From an uncultured Hungatella sp. (GTDB lineage: Bacteria; Bacillota; Clostridia; Lachnospirales; Lachnospiraceae): DNA of 64,000 nucleotides. Below the pieces are notes generated by a model, which made no database searches, was not told where the DNA came from, and saw only the letters and a program-made list of their open reading frames with translations. The position numbers and the translations under genes are program-made. Shown piece by piece: positions 17,908 to 27,822 of this stretch. The first letter of the stretch is position 1, and each line of letters opens with the position of its first letter. The stretch lies in contig CATLBO010000001.1 in NCBI GenBank assembly GCA_949879025.1, positions 21,545-85,544 of the forward strand, given 5' to 3'.

Positions 17908-19176
17908 TCATTGGGATTCATACACCACTTTTCCCTCACATATGGTGTAATGTACTTTTCCCTTCAGCTGCCATCCTGCAAAAGGCGAATTGTCTGCTTT
18001 CGAGCGGAACCTTTCAGCCACAAAACTTTCATTGGGATTAAATATCACCAGATCCGCCGCTGCGCCTTTGGTCATCCGCCCGCACTGCAGCCCATAAAGC
18101 CTGGCTGGGTTCAGGCTCATTTTGATCATCAGCTCTGTCATAGTCAGATATCCCTTTTCCACTAATTGCGTAATGCCTAATGCCAAAGACGTCTCCAATC
18201 CTATGATTCCGCTTGGAGCTTTTGTTAACGGGGCTGCTTTTTCCTCTGTGCTGTGAGGGGCATGATCTGTGGCTATTATATCAATGGTTCCGTCCTGAAG
18301 CCCCTGTATTAATGCCTGGCGGTCTTGTTCTGTCCTAAGAGGAGGATTCATCTTTGCCAAAGTTCCATATTGTAGCACCGCTTCATCAGTCAGCGTAAAA
18401 TGGTGGGGAGTTACCTCTGCCGTTATTCTTGCTCCCATTTTTTTTGCCAGCCTCACTGCCTCCAGGCCTCCCCTGGAACTGATATGCTGAATATTTACCT
18501 TTGCCCCTGTATGAAAGGCAATCATGCAGTCTCTGGCTATAAGGCTGTCCTCAGCTATGGCAGGGGAACCATAGACCCCCAGCTTTTCTGCCGCCTTACC
18601 ATGATGGATTCCGTTGTTTTGTATAAAACAAGGGTCTTCCTCGTGAAGGCTGATGGGAACATCCAGCACTGCTGCCTGCTCCATAGCCTGACGCAGCAAT
18701 TCCCCGTCCATCAGCGGAATGCCGTCGTCCGTAAATCCGGAAGCCCCGGCCTTTTTCAGCGCCGCCATATCCGTAAGAGCCTGTCCTTTCATTCCCACAG
18801 ATACTGCTGCTGCCGCTAAGACATGAATTCCAGTCTTTTTTCCTTTCTCAATCACATATTTAAGAATTTCCTCATTGTCAGCCACAGGCTTTGTGTTTGC
18901 CATACATACTACTGTGGTAAACCCTCCTGCCGCCGCTGCTGCTGCCCCAGTATTAATATCCTCCTTGTAAGTCAGTCCTGGATCTCTGAAATGCACATGG
19001 ACATCCACCAAGCCGGGAGCCACCACGCAATTTGCCGCATCTATGACCCGATCATAGCTGCCGTCATCTGCATAGCTTCCGATCCCTGCAATCCGATCTC
19101 CCTCTATTACCACATCCGCCCTGTTCTCTCCACCTTTTTCCGTATCAATAACCCGGCCGCCTTGAATAAGAATCAT
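17908..19176 (-). CDS. pyrC: Dihydroorotase
   Basis: DVHVHFRDPG, AAAAGGFTTV, MANTKP, KMNPPLR, ATDHAPH. Start set at MILIQGG behind AGGAGG; the upstream ORF extension overlaps the neighbouring gene. Confidence 0.93.
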   Translation of the reverse strand: MILIQGGRVIDTEKGGENRADVVIEGDRIAGIGSYADDGSYDRVIDAANCVVAPGLVDVHVHFRDPGLTYKEDINTGAAAAAAGGFTTVVCMANTKPVADNEEILKYVIEKGKKTGIHVLAAAAVSVGMKGQALTDMAALKKAGASGFTDDGIPLMDGELLRQAMEQAAVLDVPISLHEEDPCFIQNNGIHHGKAAEKLGVYGSPAIAEDSLIARDCMIAFHTGAKVNIQHISSRGGLEAVRLAKKMGARITAEVTPHHFTLTDEAVLQYGTLAKMNPPLRTEQDRQALIQGLQDGTIDIIATDHAPHSTEEKAAPLTKAPSGIIGLETSLALGITQLVEKGYLTMTELMIKMSLNPARLYGLQCGRMTKGAAADLVIFNPNESFVAERFRSKADNSPFAGWQLKGKVHYTICEGKVVYESQ

Positions 19177-19190
19177 GTTTTTCATTCCTC

Positions 19191-19637
19191 CTATGATTTT
19201 CTGCCTTTTGACTCTCTCCATTTCATTTGAAACAACTTTTGGGGAAGCTGAAACACAAATACAATAGCCAGCACAATGGCCACAGCCGCCTTCACTGCCG
19301 CAAACCCTTTTGCTGCCGCCAGCTCCATCTCTCCAGTTACAATATAGTAGGCCGTCCAGTAGATTCCGCCTCCCGGCACCAAAGGGAAAATTCCGCTGAT
19401 GAGGAAAATCGTTACCGGACACTTTTCCTTCACGGCAAAGAACCTGGACAAAAGCACTACCAGAATCGCCGCAAACAAAGCCGCCTCCGAAGGGGAGCAC
19501 ACTGGAAGCAGCAGACAATACAAAAACCAGCCTGCTCCTCCGATGAAGCCGCAGTAAGAATAGTACGCCCTTGGCACACTGTACAGCACGGAAAATGCAA
19601 TTGTCCCAGCTACTGCTGCCATTACCTGTCCTGCCAT
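19191..19637 (-). CDS. Threonine/serine exporter family protein (ThrE C-terminal half type)
   Basis: Hydrophobic ~148 aa with GIFPLVPGGGIY; GGAGG RBS before MAGQV. Confidence 0.85.
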   Translation of the reverse strand: MAGQVMAAVAGTIAFSVLYSVPRAYYSYCGFIGGAGWFLYCLLLPVCSPSEAALFAAILVVLLSRFFAVKEKCPVTIFLISGIFPLVPGGGIYWTAYYIVTGEMELAAAKGFAAVKAAVAIVLAIVFVFQLPQKLFQMKWRESKGRKS

Positions 19638-19688
19638 TTTTCCCTCCTGCATTTTATTTCTGATACTGAGTGTTATAGTTTTAGGCCT

Positions 19689-20456
19689 TTACAGCATTAA
19701 CCGCTGCTTCACCGTATAAACCAGTCCTACGCCCATGGCAATGCCGAAAAATACCAGCAGGGCATCTATAAGCCTTACTGTCCCGGCAATATAGTTTTCA
19801 TCGGCAATATCTCTGATCGCATTGGTAAAGGCCACTCCCGGCACTAATGGGATAATAGAGCCGATCACCATCTGATCCAGGTTGCGGCCTATTCCCAGCA
19901 TATAAAGAATCATGCAGGACATTGTGGCCACAGCGCCCCCTGCGATACTGGACACGATCTTATTAAGATACGGCCTGCTTATGTAAAGTATAAATATGTA
20001 AAGAAGGATTCCTGCCAGAATTGATGCCATGCAGTCTTTCAGTTCGCCGCCATAGAGATAGCAAAAAGCCCCGCTGCCAATACCCGAGCTGAGAATCTGC
20101 ATATGTGCCGACTTTCCTGGCATATGCCGGATTTCTTCCAGACGCCGGCGAACTTCCTCAATAGTATAATACCCTTCTTCCACTTCCCTGGACAGCTGAT
20201 TCACAGCTGCCACCCGGTTTAAATGGGAGCCGCTTACAGGGATGTGCTGCACTTTGGCAAAAACCTCTTCTGTCACATTCCCTGATGTTAAAAAGATACC
20301 GTTACTTAAAACAAAGGCACTACTGGATTCAATCCCGTAATGCCTGCAAATTCGGTTTATGGTTTCCTCTACCCGAAATATCTCAGCCCCATTTTCCAGC
20401 AGAATGTGTCCTGCTTCCATGGCTGCCTCCATAATTTCCCTTTCCGCTTCTACCAT
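19689..20456 (-). CDS. Threonine/serine exporter family protein (ThrE N-terminal type)
   Basis: AGHILLENGAEIFRVEETI, VNQLSR, IIPLVPGVAFTNAIRD. Confidence 0.88.
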   Translation of the reverse strand: MVEAEREIMEAAMEAGHILLENGAEIFRVEETINRICRHYGIESSSAFVLSNGIFLTSGNVTEEVFAKVQHIPVSGSHLNRVAAVNQLSREVEEGYYTIEEVRRRLEEIRHMPGKSAHMQILSSGIGSGAFCYLYGGELKDCMASILAGILLYIFILYISRPYLNKIVSSIAGGAVATMSCMILYMLGIGRNLDQMVIGSIIPLVPGVAFTNAIRDIADENYIAGTVRLIDALLVFFGIAMGVGLVYTVKQRLML

Positions 20457-20473
20457 GCCCGACTCCTTTACTA

Positions 20474-20713
20474 TTAATCCTCCGGCTCCAGCTCGTCAAA
20501 GATATCGGAATCGTAAAATTCCCTCATGGTCACCCCAAGACCTTCAGCGATTTTTTTAATATTTACAATGCCGGGATTCTGACTTTTTCCGTGCAGGATG
20601 CTTTTTACGGTTGACGGCGGCATACCGGTCTGATAAATCAGTGCATATTCGGTCAAGCGTTTCTTCTGCCTAAGTTCATTGATTCTCAAATTAGTGGCCT
20701 CACAAATTCTCAT
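20474..20713 (-). CDS. XRE/Cro-family HTH transcriptional regulator
   Basis: 79 aa: RINELRQKKRLT...TGMPPSTV...NPGIVNIKKIAEGLGVT; AGGAGG RBS before ATG 20713. Confidence 0.85.
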   Translation of the reverse strand: MRICEATNLRINELRQKKRLTEYALIYQTGMPPSTVKSILHGKSQNPGIVNIKKIAEGLGVTMREFYDSDIFDELEPED

Positions 20714-20853
20714 GTCACACCCTCCTGTTTTTATAGGATAGTGTATCCGAAATCCATGAGAAAATAGGTCACCCTGTCGCCTTCCCGAATTTGGCTTCTC
20801 CGTTAGTTTCCAGCCGTTTTCCAATGCTGACCACTTAAATTTTTGTATGAACT

Positions 20854-21870
20854 TTAATCACAATGCCCACCAAAACCGGCGTCTGCCTCTTTTCTTTTTT
20901 CTGCTGCAAAATCCTGTCCTTCCGGCAGGATTTTCCTTTCTCTGCAGTCTATGTTTTTAGTTTCCGCCACAATATAAATAGGCCTGTCTTTCAGTTCTGC
21001 AAACAGAATAGACATATACTCGCCCATAATGCCAACAATCAGAAACAAAATGGCAAACATAAAACAGTTAAGAACAACAATAGTAGCATAACCGCTGGGT
21101 GCTCCGCCTCTGGTAAATAAAGTATAGACCATTACCACCACGCCTAAAAATGCTGCCATGATTCCGGCATAAATCCCCAGCTTTAATGGCAGATTGGAAA
21201 AGCAGATAATGGTGTTGACCGAAAACTGCAGCAATTTCCTGATGCTGTATTTGCTCTCCCCTGCGGCCCTTATTCCTGCCTCATAGGAAATGGTGGTTTT
21301 TGCAAACCCTACGTTCTGCACATAGCCTCGCAAAAACCGCACTTTCTCACGGTAACTGACTTTTAAGACTTCCGCAACTCTTCTGCTGACTGCAAAAAAA
21401 TCCGATGCGTTATTCTCAAACTTTACATCTGAAAGAAGATTAATAAGTTTATAAAACGCTGATGATGCCAGATTCTTAAACCACCCTGCAGACTCATTTT
21501 TCGTTCTGACCATATTAATAATTTCAAAGCCCTGATCAAGCTTGTCAGCAATCTGCACAATGCACTCCGGCGGATGCTGCAGGTCAGCATCCATGCAAAT
21601 GATTCCGTCGCCTTTGCTGTAGTCGATTCCAGCTATCATGGCTGCCTCATGGCCAAAATTTCTGGAGAAACTGACTATTTTTACATGGGCATCCTCTGCG
21701 GCAAGCTCCTGAAGAATCTCAAGGCTTTTGTCCCTGCTGCCGTCATTCACAAACAGAAGTTCATAATCCCAGTCAATGGCTGTCAAAACCTTTTTGGCTT
21801 CCCCATAAAACTGCCTGAGCACAGCTTCTTCATTATAAACCGAAACCACAACTGACAATAAATTTCCCAT
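20854..21870 (-). CDS. GT2 polyprenyl-phosphate glycosyltransferase (GtrB/CsbB-like)
   Basis: VNDGSRD, FSRNFGHEAA, MDADLQHPP, two C-terminal TM helices and a KDRPIYIV tail. Confidence 0.9.
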   Translation of the reverse strand: MGNLLSVVVSVYNEEAVLRQFYGEAKKVLTAIDWDYELLFVNDGSRDKSLEILQELAAEDAHVKIVSFSRNFGHEAAMIAGIDYSKGDGIICMDADLQHPPECIVQIADKLDQGFEIINMVRTKNESAGWFKNLASSAFYKLINLLSDVKFENNASDFFAVSRRVAEVLKVSYREKVRFLRGYVQNVGFAKTTISYEAGIRAAGESKYSIRKLLQFSVNTIICFSNLPLKLGIYAGIMAAFLGVVVMVYTLFTRGGAPSGYATIVVLNCFMFAILFLIVGIMGEYMSILFAELKDRPIYIVAETKNIDCRERKILPEGQDFAAEKRKEADAGFGGHCD

Positions 21871-21898
21871 GTATTTGATTCCTTTCCATGGATGTACA

Positions 21899-22765
21899 TC
21901 ATCCCGTCACCTGGATTTCAATGGCGGAATGGGTAGGGACCCGATTCTTTCTGGGAGGAAGCTGCATATAATCCCCATAAATCTGTTTCAGAACCTGATC
22001 CCAATTTGCAGGCGCCATTAAAACCGTATCTTCAAACGGTAAATCCACAGACTGATTATTCCACTGCTTTTCTATGGTCACCTGCAGATAGTCTGGCTGA
22101 TAATTACTGTAATAGCGCAGTCTGCTGTTTCCCCCATTATACCGCACCGCCAGACTATGCTGCATTCTACGGATAATTTTCATAGGAATTCTTTTTCCTG
22201 CTGCTGCCAAAACCTTTACCGCAATTCTTCCAAGCCTTCCGTATTTAGAGTAATCCAACTCATACCGATGTCCCATAGCCAAGCCATAAACCAGGGTATG
22301 AAGGCCTCTGACAAAAGCTGCCTTTACTTTGCACTCCGGCAAGTCGTCCTGAATGAACAAATCTACCCACAAATGATTAAGCCGTCCCCCATAAAACTGC
22401 ATCTTTGGTCCGTCCTCATGGGTCTTGCTGTTCATATACAAAATTCTGGGGGTAAAATCGTAAAACGCATTTCCCCCTCCCAGCTGATGCGGCTCCAGAA
22501 GTTTCATTCCCCTGGGCAGCTCTTTCCTTACTACCTTTGCAAATTTCTCATAGTTGTCCCTGGTAAATGCCACATCCGCATCATCATCCCACGGAATAAA
22601 GCCCTGATGGCGCACTGCTCCCAAAAGAGTTCCTGAATCAATCAGATACTGAATTTTATACTTTCTGCATATCCTGTCAATCTCTTTTAATATTTTTAAA
22701 TTAGCCTCATGAATCGGAGTCAGATCATAAGGAGCAGAAAGTTCCTGCCTGTCCTTTTCCTCCAT
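21899..22765 (-). CDS. licD: LicD-family phosphotransferase
   Basis: GTLLGAVRHQGFIPWDDDADV and LKQIYGDYMQLPP motifs. Confidence 0.9.
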   Translation of the reverse strand: MEEKDRQELSAPYDLTPIHEANLKILKEIDRICRKYKIQYLIDSGTLLGAVRHQGFIPWDDDADVAFTRDNYEKFAKVVRKELPRGMKLLEPHQLGGGNAFYDFTPRILYMNSKTHEDGPKMQFYGGRLNHLWVDLFIQDDLPECKVKAAFVRGLHTLVYGLAMGHRYELDYSKYGRLGRIAVKVLAAAGKRIPMKIIRRMQHSLAVRYNGGNSRLRYYSNYQPDYLQVTIEKQWNNQSVDLPFEDTVLMAPANWDQVLKQIYGDYMQLPPRKNRVPTHSAIEIQVTG

Positions 22766-22836
22766 CTATGCATCCTCCTGATATTACGCACACGTTCTTT
22801 TTTCGGTAATCTGCCAGCCTGGTATGGTATAAGCAC

Positions 22837-24171
22837 TCATCTTATCGCTTCCCGGATAACCTCAGCCATATAATCAATCATTTCGTCTGTCATTCCAGGA
22901 TATACTCCTACCCAGAACGTATCCCTCATAATTCTGTCAGTTACCTGAAGGCTTCCTGCAACCCGGTATCCTTCCCCACTCTGTCTCATCTGATCAAAGC
23001 ATGGATGCTTTGTCAAATTCCCGGCAAACAGCATCCGAGTCTGGACACCCTTGCTTTCCACATACTGTACCACCTGATTGCGGTCTGTCCCCTCTTTGCA
23101 TGTTATCAGGAATCCAAACCAGCTGGGTCTGGAATTCTCTGCAGCCTGAGGAAGAATCAGTTTATCTTCTGTCACCTTAAGTCCCAGATAAAGCCTGTCA
23201 AAATTATGACGCCGTCTTTCCACAAAGGACGGAAACTTCTCCAGCTGCGCACATCCAATGGCGGCCTGCATATCTGTGGCTTTCAGATTGTACCCGAAAT
23301 GGGAATATACATATTTATGATCATAGCCCACAGGCAGTTCTCCGTACTGCCTGTCAAATCTGTGTCCGCACAGATTGTCGCATCCGGAAGGGCACACACA
23401 GTCCCGCCCCCAGTCACGGAATGAACGGATAATCTTGTGAAGCAAAGGGTTGTCTGTATATACGGCGCCTCCTTCTCCCATGGTCATATGATGAGGCGGA
23501 TAAAAACTGGAGGTTCCTATATCACCTATGGTGCCGGAAAATTTCTCTCTTCCTTCTATAATATATCTGGTCCCTAACGCATCACAGTTGTCTTCTACCA
23601 GCCAAAGATTGTGCTTCCTGCAAAATTGCATCACTGCTTCTAAGTCAAATGGGTTTCCTAAGGTGTGGGCCAGCATTACAGCCTTTGTCTTTTCTGAGTA
23701 AGCATCTTCCAGTTTGCTCACGTCAATATTATACTGGGGAATCGTCACATCTACAAACACGGGAACCGCCCCATACTGAATCATGGGAGTCACCGTAGTG
23801 GGGAAGCCGGCAGCTACGGTAATGACTTCATCCCCTCTTTTTATCTGGCGTTCTCCCAGCAGCGGTGATGTCAATGCCATAAATGCCGCCAGATTGGCAG
23901 AAGAGCCAGAGTTTACCAAAGAGCAATACTTAACCTGCAGATACTCCCCAAGCTTCTTTTCAAATTCGTCCGTATATCTTCCAGAAGTAAGCCAGAATTC
24001 CAGGGAACTGTCCACCAGATTTATCATCTCCTGTTTATCATATACTCTGGAAGCGTAGGGAATCCTGTCGCCTTTCTCATAAGCCTTCTTCCCATGAAAA
24101 CGCCGGCAGTACTCTCCTACCAGTTCAAGAATCTCCTGCCTTGCCTCAGCCTCGGTTTTATTATCAAACAT
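22837..24171 (-). CDS. rfbH: CDP-4-keto-6-deoxy-D-glucose 3-dehydrase (E1, RfbH/DdhC)
   Basis: NSGSSAN, EDNCDALG; SFYPPHHMTMGEGG has His where DegT aminotransferases have Lys; GRDCVCPSGCDNLCG [2Fe-2S] Cys cluster. Confidence 0.92.
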   Translation of the reverse strand: MFDNKTEAEARQEILELVGEYCRRFHGKKAYEKGDRIPYASRVYDKQEMINLVDSSLEFWLTSGRYTDEFEKKLGEYLQVKYCSLVNSGSSANLAAFMALTSPLLGERQIKRGDEVITVAAGFPTTVTPMIQYGAVPVFVDVTIPQYNIDVSKLEDAYSEKTKAVMLAHTLGNPFDLEAVMQFCRKHNLWLVEDNCDALGTRYIIEGREKFSGTIGDIGTSSFYPPHHMTMGEGGAVYTDNPLLHKIIRSFRDWGRDCVCPSGCDNLCGHRFDRQYGELPVGYDHKYVYSHFGYNLKATDMQAAIGCAQLEKFPSFVERRRHNFDRLYLGLKVTEDKLILPQAAENSRPSWFGFLITCKEGTDRNQVVQYVESKGVQTRMLFAGNLTKHPCFDQMRQSGEGYRVAGSLQVTDRIMRDTFWVGVYPGMTDEMIDYMAEVIREAIR

Positions 24172-24176
24172 TGCGC

Positions 24177-25256
24177 TTATCCTTTCTGTTTTCTCTGAAA
24201 AAATTCATAAATCTGCTTATCCATAATCTCCAGGATTTCTTCTCCTGCAAAATAAGCCTTTGTCCACTGCACAGTCTGATCCACTGCCTGCTTTATATTC
24301 ATATGCGGCTGCCAACCAAAAACCGCCTTTATTTTAGAACAGTCCAGTTTCAGAAAATTAGCCTCATGAGGGCCTCCATCATATTGGTTTACCCATGTAA
24401 TCCCATTTCCCCAGGCCTCGCAGAATAGATCCGCCAGCTTGCCTGTAGTAATGCAGTCTTTGTCATCAGGGCCCACATTGTAATATCCTGCGTATGCCGA
24501 ATCCTCATACTGTTTCATGGCAATAAGCAAATAGATAAGCAGCGGTTCCAGCACATGCTGATACGGCCTGACTGAATAAGGGTTTCGGACAATAATGTCT
24601 TTTCCCGCCGATGCTGCACGTATACAGTCCGGGATGATCCGGTCATTGGCAAAGTCTCCTCCTCCTATAACATTTCCTGCCCTGGCTGTTGATACTCTGC
24701 AATGGTTATCACCAAAAAATGATCGGATATAACTGTGAGTCACCAGTTCTGAACAGGACTTACTGTTGGAGTATGGGTCATAGCCGTCCAGGTTATCACA
24801 TTCCCGGTATCCGTATTCCCACTCTTTATTCTCATAAACTTTATCCGTCGTTACATTCAGGCATGATCTGACTGATTGTGTGAGACGGACACACTCTAAT
24901 ATGTTAACTGTGCCCATAACATTGGTTTCATAAGTGTAAACTGGGTCTTTATAGGAATCCCTCACAATCGGCTGCGCTGCCAGGTGAAACACGATTTCCG
25001 GCTGAAACTGTCGAAAAACCTGCTTCAAATGTTCCAAATCCCTAATATCGCCTATAATGCTGTCCATGGTATGGTCAAGCCCTGCCCCATAAAACAGGCT
25101 GGGGCTTGTGGGCGGTTCTTTTGCATAGCCTGCAGCCTCTGCCCCCATATCCGTCAAAATTCTGCACAGCCAGGAACCCTTAAATCCCGTATGGCCGGTA
25201 ACCAATACCTTTTTTCCTTTAAAGAATTTACAAAATATATCCCAGGCATTATCCAT
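24177..25256 (-). CDS. rfbG: CDP-glucose 4,6-dehydratase
   Basis: VTGHTGFKGSWL, HLAAQPIV, TTDKVY, YSNSK, ARAGNVIGGGD, RPYQHVLEPL. Confidence 0.93.
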   Translation of the reverse strand: MDNAWDIFCKFFKGKKVLVTGHTGFKGSWLCRILTDMGAEAAGYAKEPPTSPSLFYGAGLDHTMDSIIGDIRDLEHLKQVFRQFQPEIVFHLAAQPIVRDSYKDPVYTYETNVMGTVNILECVRLTQSVRSCLNVTTDKVYENKEWEYGYRECDNLDGYDPYSNSKSCSELVTHSYIRSFFGDNHCRVSTARAGNVIGGGDFANDRIIPDCIRAASAGKDIIVRNPYSVRPYQHVLEPLLIYLLIAMKQYEDSAYAGYYNVGPDDKDCITTGKLADLFCEAWGNGITWVNQYDGGPHEANFLKLDCSKIKAVFGWQPHMNIKQAVDQTVQWTKAYFAGEEILEIMDKQIYEFFQRKQKG

Positions 25257-25338
25257 TTCCAATCATTCCTTTCCCTTCCGCCATGAGCATCAATGCTTAA
25301 AATCTTCTTTCGTGCCGGTTCTGTGGCTGCGTGAGATC

Positions 25339-26115
25339 TTAATTATTCCATATTTTCCATGGTGCCTTCCCGCTTTGCCACAGATCCTCCAGCTTTTTCA
25401 TCTCCCGCTGAGTGTCCATGCACTGCCAGAATCCGCTGTGGTGGTAGCCCATAAGCTGGCCTTCTGCCGCCAGCTGCTGCAGCGGTTCCTGTTCAAACAC
25501 TGTGGCATCGTCCTTCAGATAATCAAAAATCTCCGGATTCAGAACCATGAAACCGCCGTTAATTAAGCTGGCATCCGCCTCTTTCTTCTCCCTGAAAGAA
25601 CGCACCACATAATCGGGCCCAATATCCAGCACACCTTTCATCTGGGCAATGCTTATTGTTGTTATGGTAGCAGTCTTTCCATGATTGTTATGGAATTTAA
25701 GCAGTGCCTGCAGATCCACATTGCATACTCCGTCCCCATAAGTAAGCATAAACGGCTCCTGCCCGATAAAAGGCTGAATCCTCTTAACCCTTCCTCCGGT
25801 CATGGTATTAAGTCCTGTATCTACCAGAGTCACCTTCCATGGCTCTGCGTAATTATTATGAACCTCCATTTGATTATTTGCCAAATCAAATGTCACATCT
25901 GAGGTATGAAGGAAATAATCTGCAAAAAACTCTTTCACCACATATTGTTTGTATCCAAGACAGATAACAAACTCGTGAAACCCAAATTCTGAATAATATT
26001 TCATAATATGCCACAAAATAGGCTTCTCTCCGATTTCAATCATGGGCTTTGGCTTCAAATGGCTCTGCTCACTGATTCTGCTGCCAAATCCTCCTGCTAA
26101 AATGACTACCTTCAT
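25339..26115 (-). CDS. rfbF: Glucose-1-phosphate cytidylyltransferase
   Basis: MKVVILAGGFGSRISE, PKPMIEIG, TMTGGR, LTYGDG, FWQCMDT. Confidence 0.93.
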   Translation of the reverse strand: MKVVILAGGFGSRISEQSHLKPKPMIEIGEKPILWHIMKYYSEFGFHEFVICLGYKQYVVKEFFADYFLHTSDVTFDLANNQMEVHNNYAEPWKVTLVDTGLNTMTGGRVKRIQPFIGQEPFMLTYGDGVCNVDLQALLKFHNNHGKTATITTISIAQMKGVLDIGPDYVVRSFREKKEADASLINGGFMVLNPEIFDYLKDDATVFEQEPLQQLAAEGQLMGYHHSGFWQCMDTQREMKKLEDLWQSGKAPWKIWNN

Positions 26116-26129
26116 CTGTTTGCTCTCCT

Positions 26130-27554
26130 TTATTTCTGCTGCCGGAAAATGTTCCACTGATGTTGTTTTAAAATTTCAAGGGCTTCCCGTACTTCCTGTC
26201 CCCCTTCCGGCCTGCTCATATGATATTCAAAATTAGCCCTGAGTTCCTCATCTGACCTGTTTTCAAAGTCCAGAGCAATCTGCCTGCGGTTCTCACATGC
26301 CTCTTTTCTGAACGGCGCCTTTTTTACCTCTTCTGCAGTGGTATATACATTTCCTGCCAGCAGCACAGCCATAATGCCTGCCATAAAAAGGCGGCACATG
26401 GTTTTCCCCATGCCTTTTGTTTTTTCAGGCAAGCCTCCGAAAGACAGATGCCTCTGGCCTGGCCTGCCCCATGCAAGCCCGAAAGTCAAAATAATTCCTA
26501 AAATCCCCGCCTGAAACTGCAGCGCATACCTGGAGGACATGCCATAGTCTTCCCTTAAAAATACCCACCGGGACACCATAATCAAAATATGGTTCAGCCC
26601 TCCTGCGCATATAAGCATCAGCGGAAATATACTCTCCTCATATAGCTGGTACCGCCATTGCTGCCACAGTGCCAGCCCATAAGCCGCCATAACTACAGCG
26701 CCCAAAACATAATATGGAGTATTTGTGGCAAACACAGCCTGAGCGCATTCTACGCCCATTGCCATGGAAGAAAAAGATTTCACCAAAAACCGGACAAAGA
26801 ATCCAGGCGTATCAGCCAGCTGTGTCATCAAAGGTACCTGGGCCACGCCAAGCTTCTCCGGCTCTGCCAGGGAACTGCTCCATATATACAGCATAAGAGG
26901 GATAACGGCTGATATTCCATATAAAATATACCGCTTCTCCCGCTTCCCTTCCCTTATACCAGTGAGGATCATCCGAAATCCATAAGCCAGCAGAATTACC
27001 ACGGTATAGATGGCGCAGTACGGCCCGGCCATTCCAAGGGTAATGATCCAAGGCAAGATCAAAAGCCAGATGTGATCCCCCCTCTTCTCCTCATTCCGCC
27101 ACATTCTATCCAGAATCAGATAATGGAAATAAAATCCCGCAAAAGCCAAAAAATGAATCCAGCCGCTGCCGTTTATCATCATCTCCCATTTATTCAGGCT
27201 GAAAATAAGAATCATTGTGCCCACAAGCCAGAAAGCCCCAATATTCCTTTTTATACAGTATGAAGTTATCTGAAGTGCCGAGATACCTAAAAAGACAATA
27301 CCCAGCGTCTGGTCAAAGCGTATGCTGTAGTCAAAGAATGTGACATTAATAATCCTGGCCACATAATTCAAAGGTATACGTGTTAAAATATCACCTACAA
27401 AAAACTTATCAAAATTCCACACATCCGGCAGATAACTGTTTACCAAACGGATATAATCCGAATACACCACGTCTGCAAATGCCGATGCTACATACCACAG
27501 ACCAAATATCGTGCCTATAACCGGCAAAACATAACACCATTTTCCAGTTTTCAT
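26130..27554 (-). CDS. Polytopic membrane protein, possible GT-C-fold glycosyltransferase
   Basis: About 11-12 hydrophobic segments, acidic motif after TM1 (DVVYSDY) and late SSRY motif, inside a glycan locus. Start uncertain (27554 or 27569). Confidence 0.65.
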   Translation of the reverse strand: MKTGKWCYVLPVIGTIFGLWYVASAFADVVYSDYIRLVNSYLPDVWNFDKFFVGDILTRIPLNYVARIINVTFFDYSIRFDQTLGIVFLGISALQITSYCIKRNIGAFWLVGTMILIFSLNKWEMMINGSGWIHFLAFAGFYFHYLILDRMWRNEEKRGDHIWLLILPWIITLGMAGPYCAIYTVVILLAYGFRMILTGIREGKREKRYILYGISAVIPLMLYIWSSSLAEPEKLGVAQVPLMTQLADTPGFFVRFLVKSFSSMAMGVECAQAVFATNTPYYVLGAVVMAAYGLALWQQWRYQLYEESIFPLMLICAGGLNHILIMVSRWVFLREDYGMSSRYALQFQAGILGIILTFGLAWGRPGQRHLSFGGLPEKTKGMGKTMCRLFMAGIMAVLLAGNVYTTAEEVKKAPFRKEACENRRQIALDFENRSDEELRANFEYHMSRPEGGQEVREALEILKQHQWNIFRQQK

Positions 27555-27638
27555 AAAACTCCTTGTCATTTTCTCCGCACGCCAATGGCACCTCAGCACA
27601 GTAAATGCACCATTCTGCCCAAACCAAAGTCATTTAAA

Positions 27639-27795
27639 TAAGCCAATCCGGCTTTTGCCCGAAAGAAGCCATGTCTCGTCAGGGTGAATTTTGCCTTGGA
27701 GAAGAAGCCCTGTTATTGGGGTTCTTCGGAATGTCTGGCAAACCTGAAGCCTGACGGGACATGGCTTCTCTCGGGCCTGCGGCATCATCAGCTTA
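27639..27795 (+). repeat. Long-hairpin repeat family 2, copy A
   Basis: 27-bp stem 27657-27683 / 27750-27776 (25 Watson-Crick, 1 G.U, 1 mismatch) enclosing 66 nt; homologous to 44717-44872. Confidence 0.9.
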
Positions 27796-27822
27796 GCACC
27801 CCTGCCGTCCAAACCACTGTCA

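Noticed and set aside
19177-19518. Apparent 110-aa N-terminal extension of PyrC
   Set aside because: It overlaps the ThrE-family gene in another frame, and a strong AGGAGG RBS marks the downstream start. The same applies to the extensions of gmhA, TPM, XRE and 37344..38600.
27639-27795. Family 2 as 6S RNA, SRP RNA, T-box or CRISPR repeat
   Set aside because: No large central bubble, no SRP domain IV motif, no T-box sequence, and no tandem repeat-spacer arrangement or cas genes.
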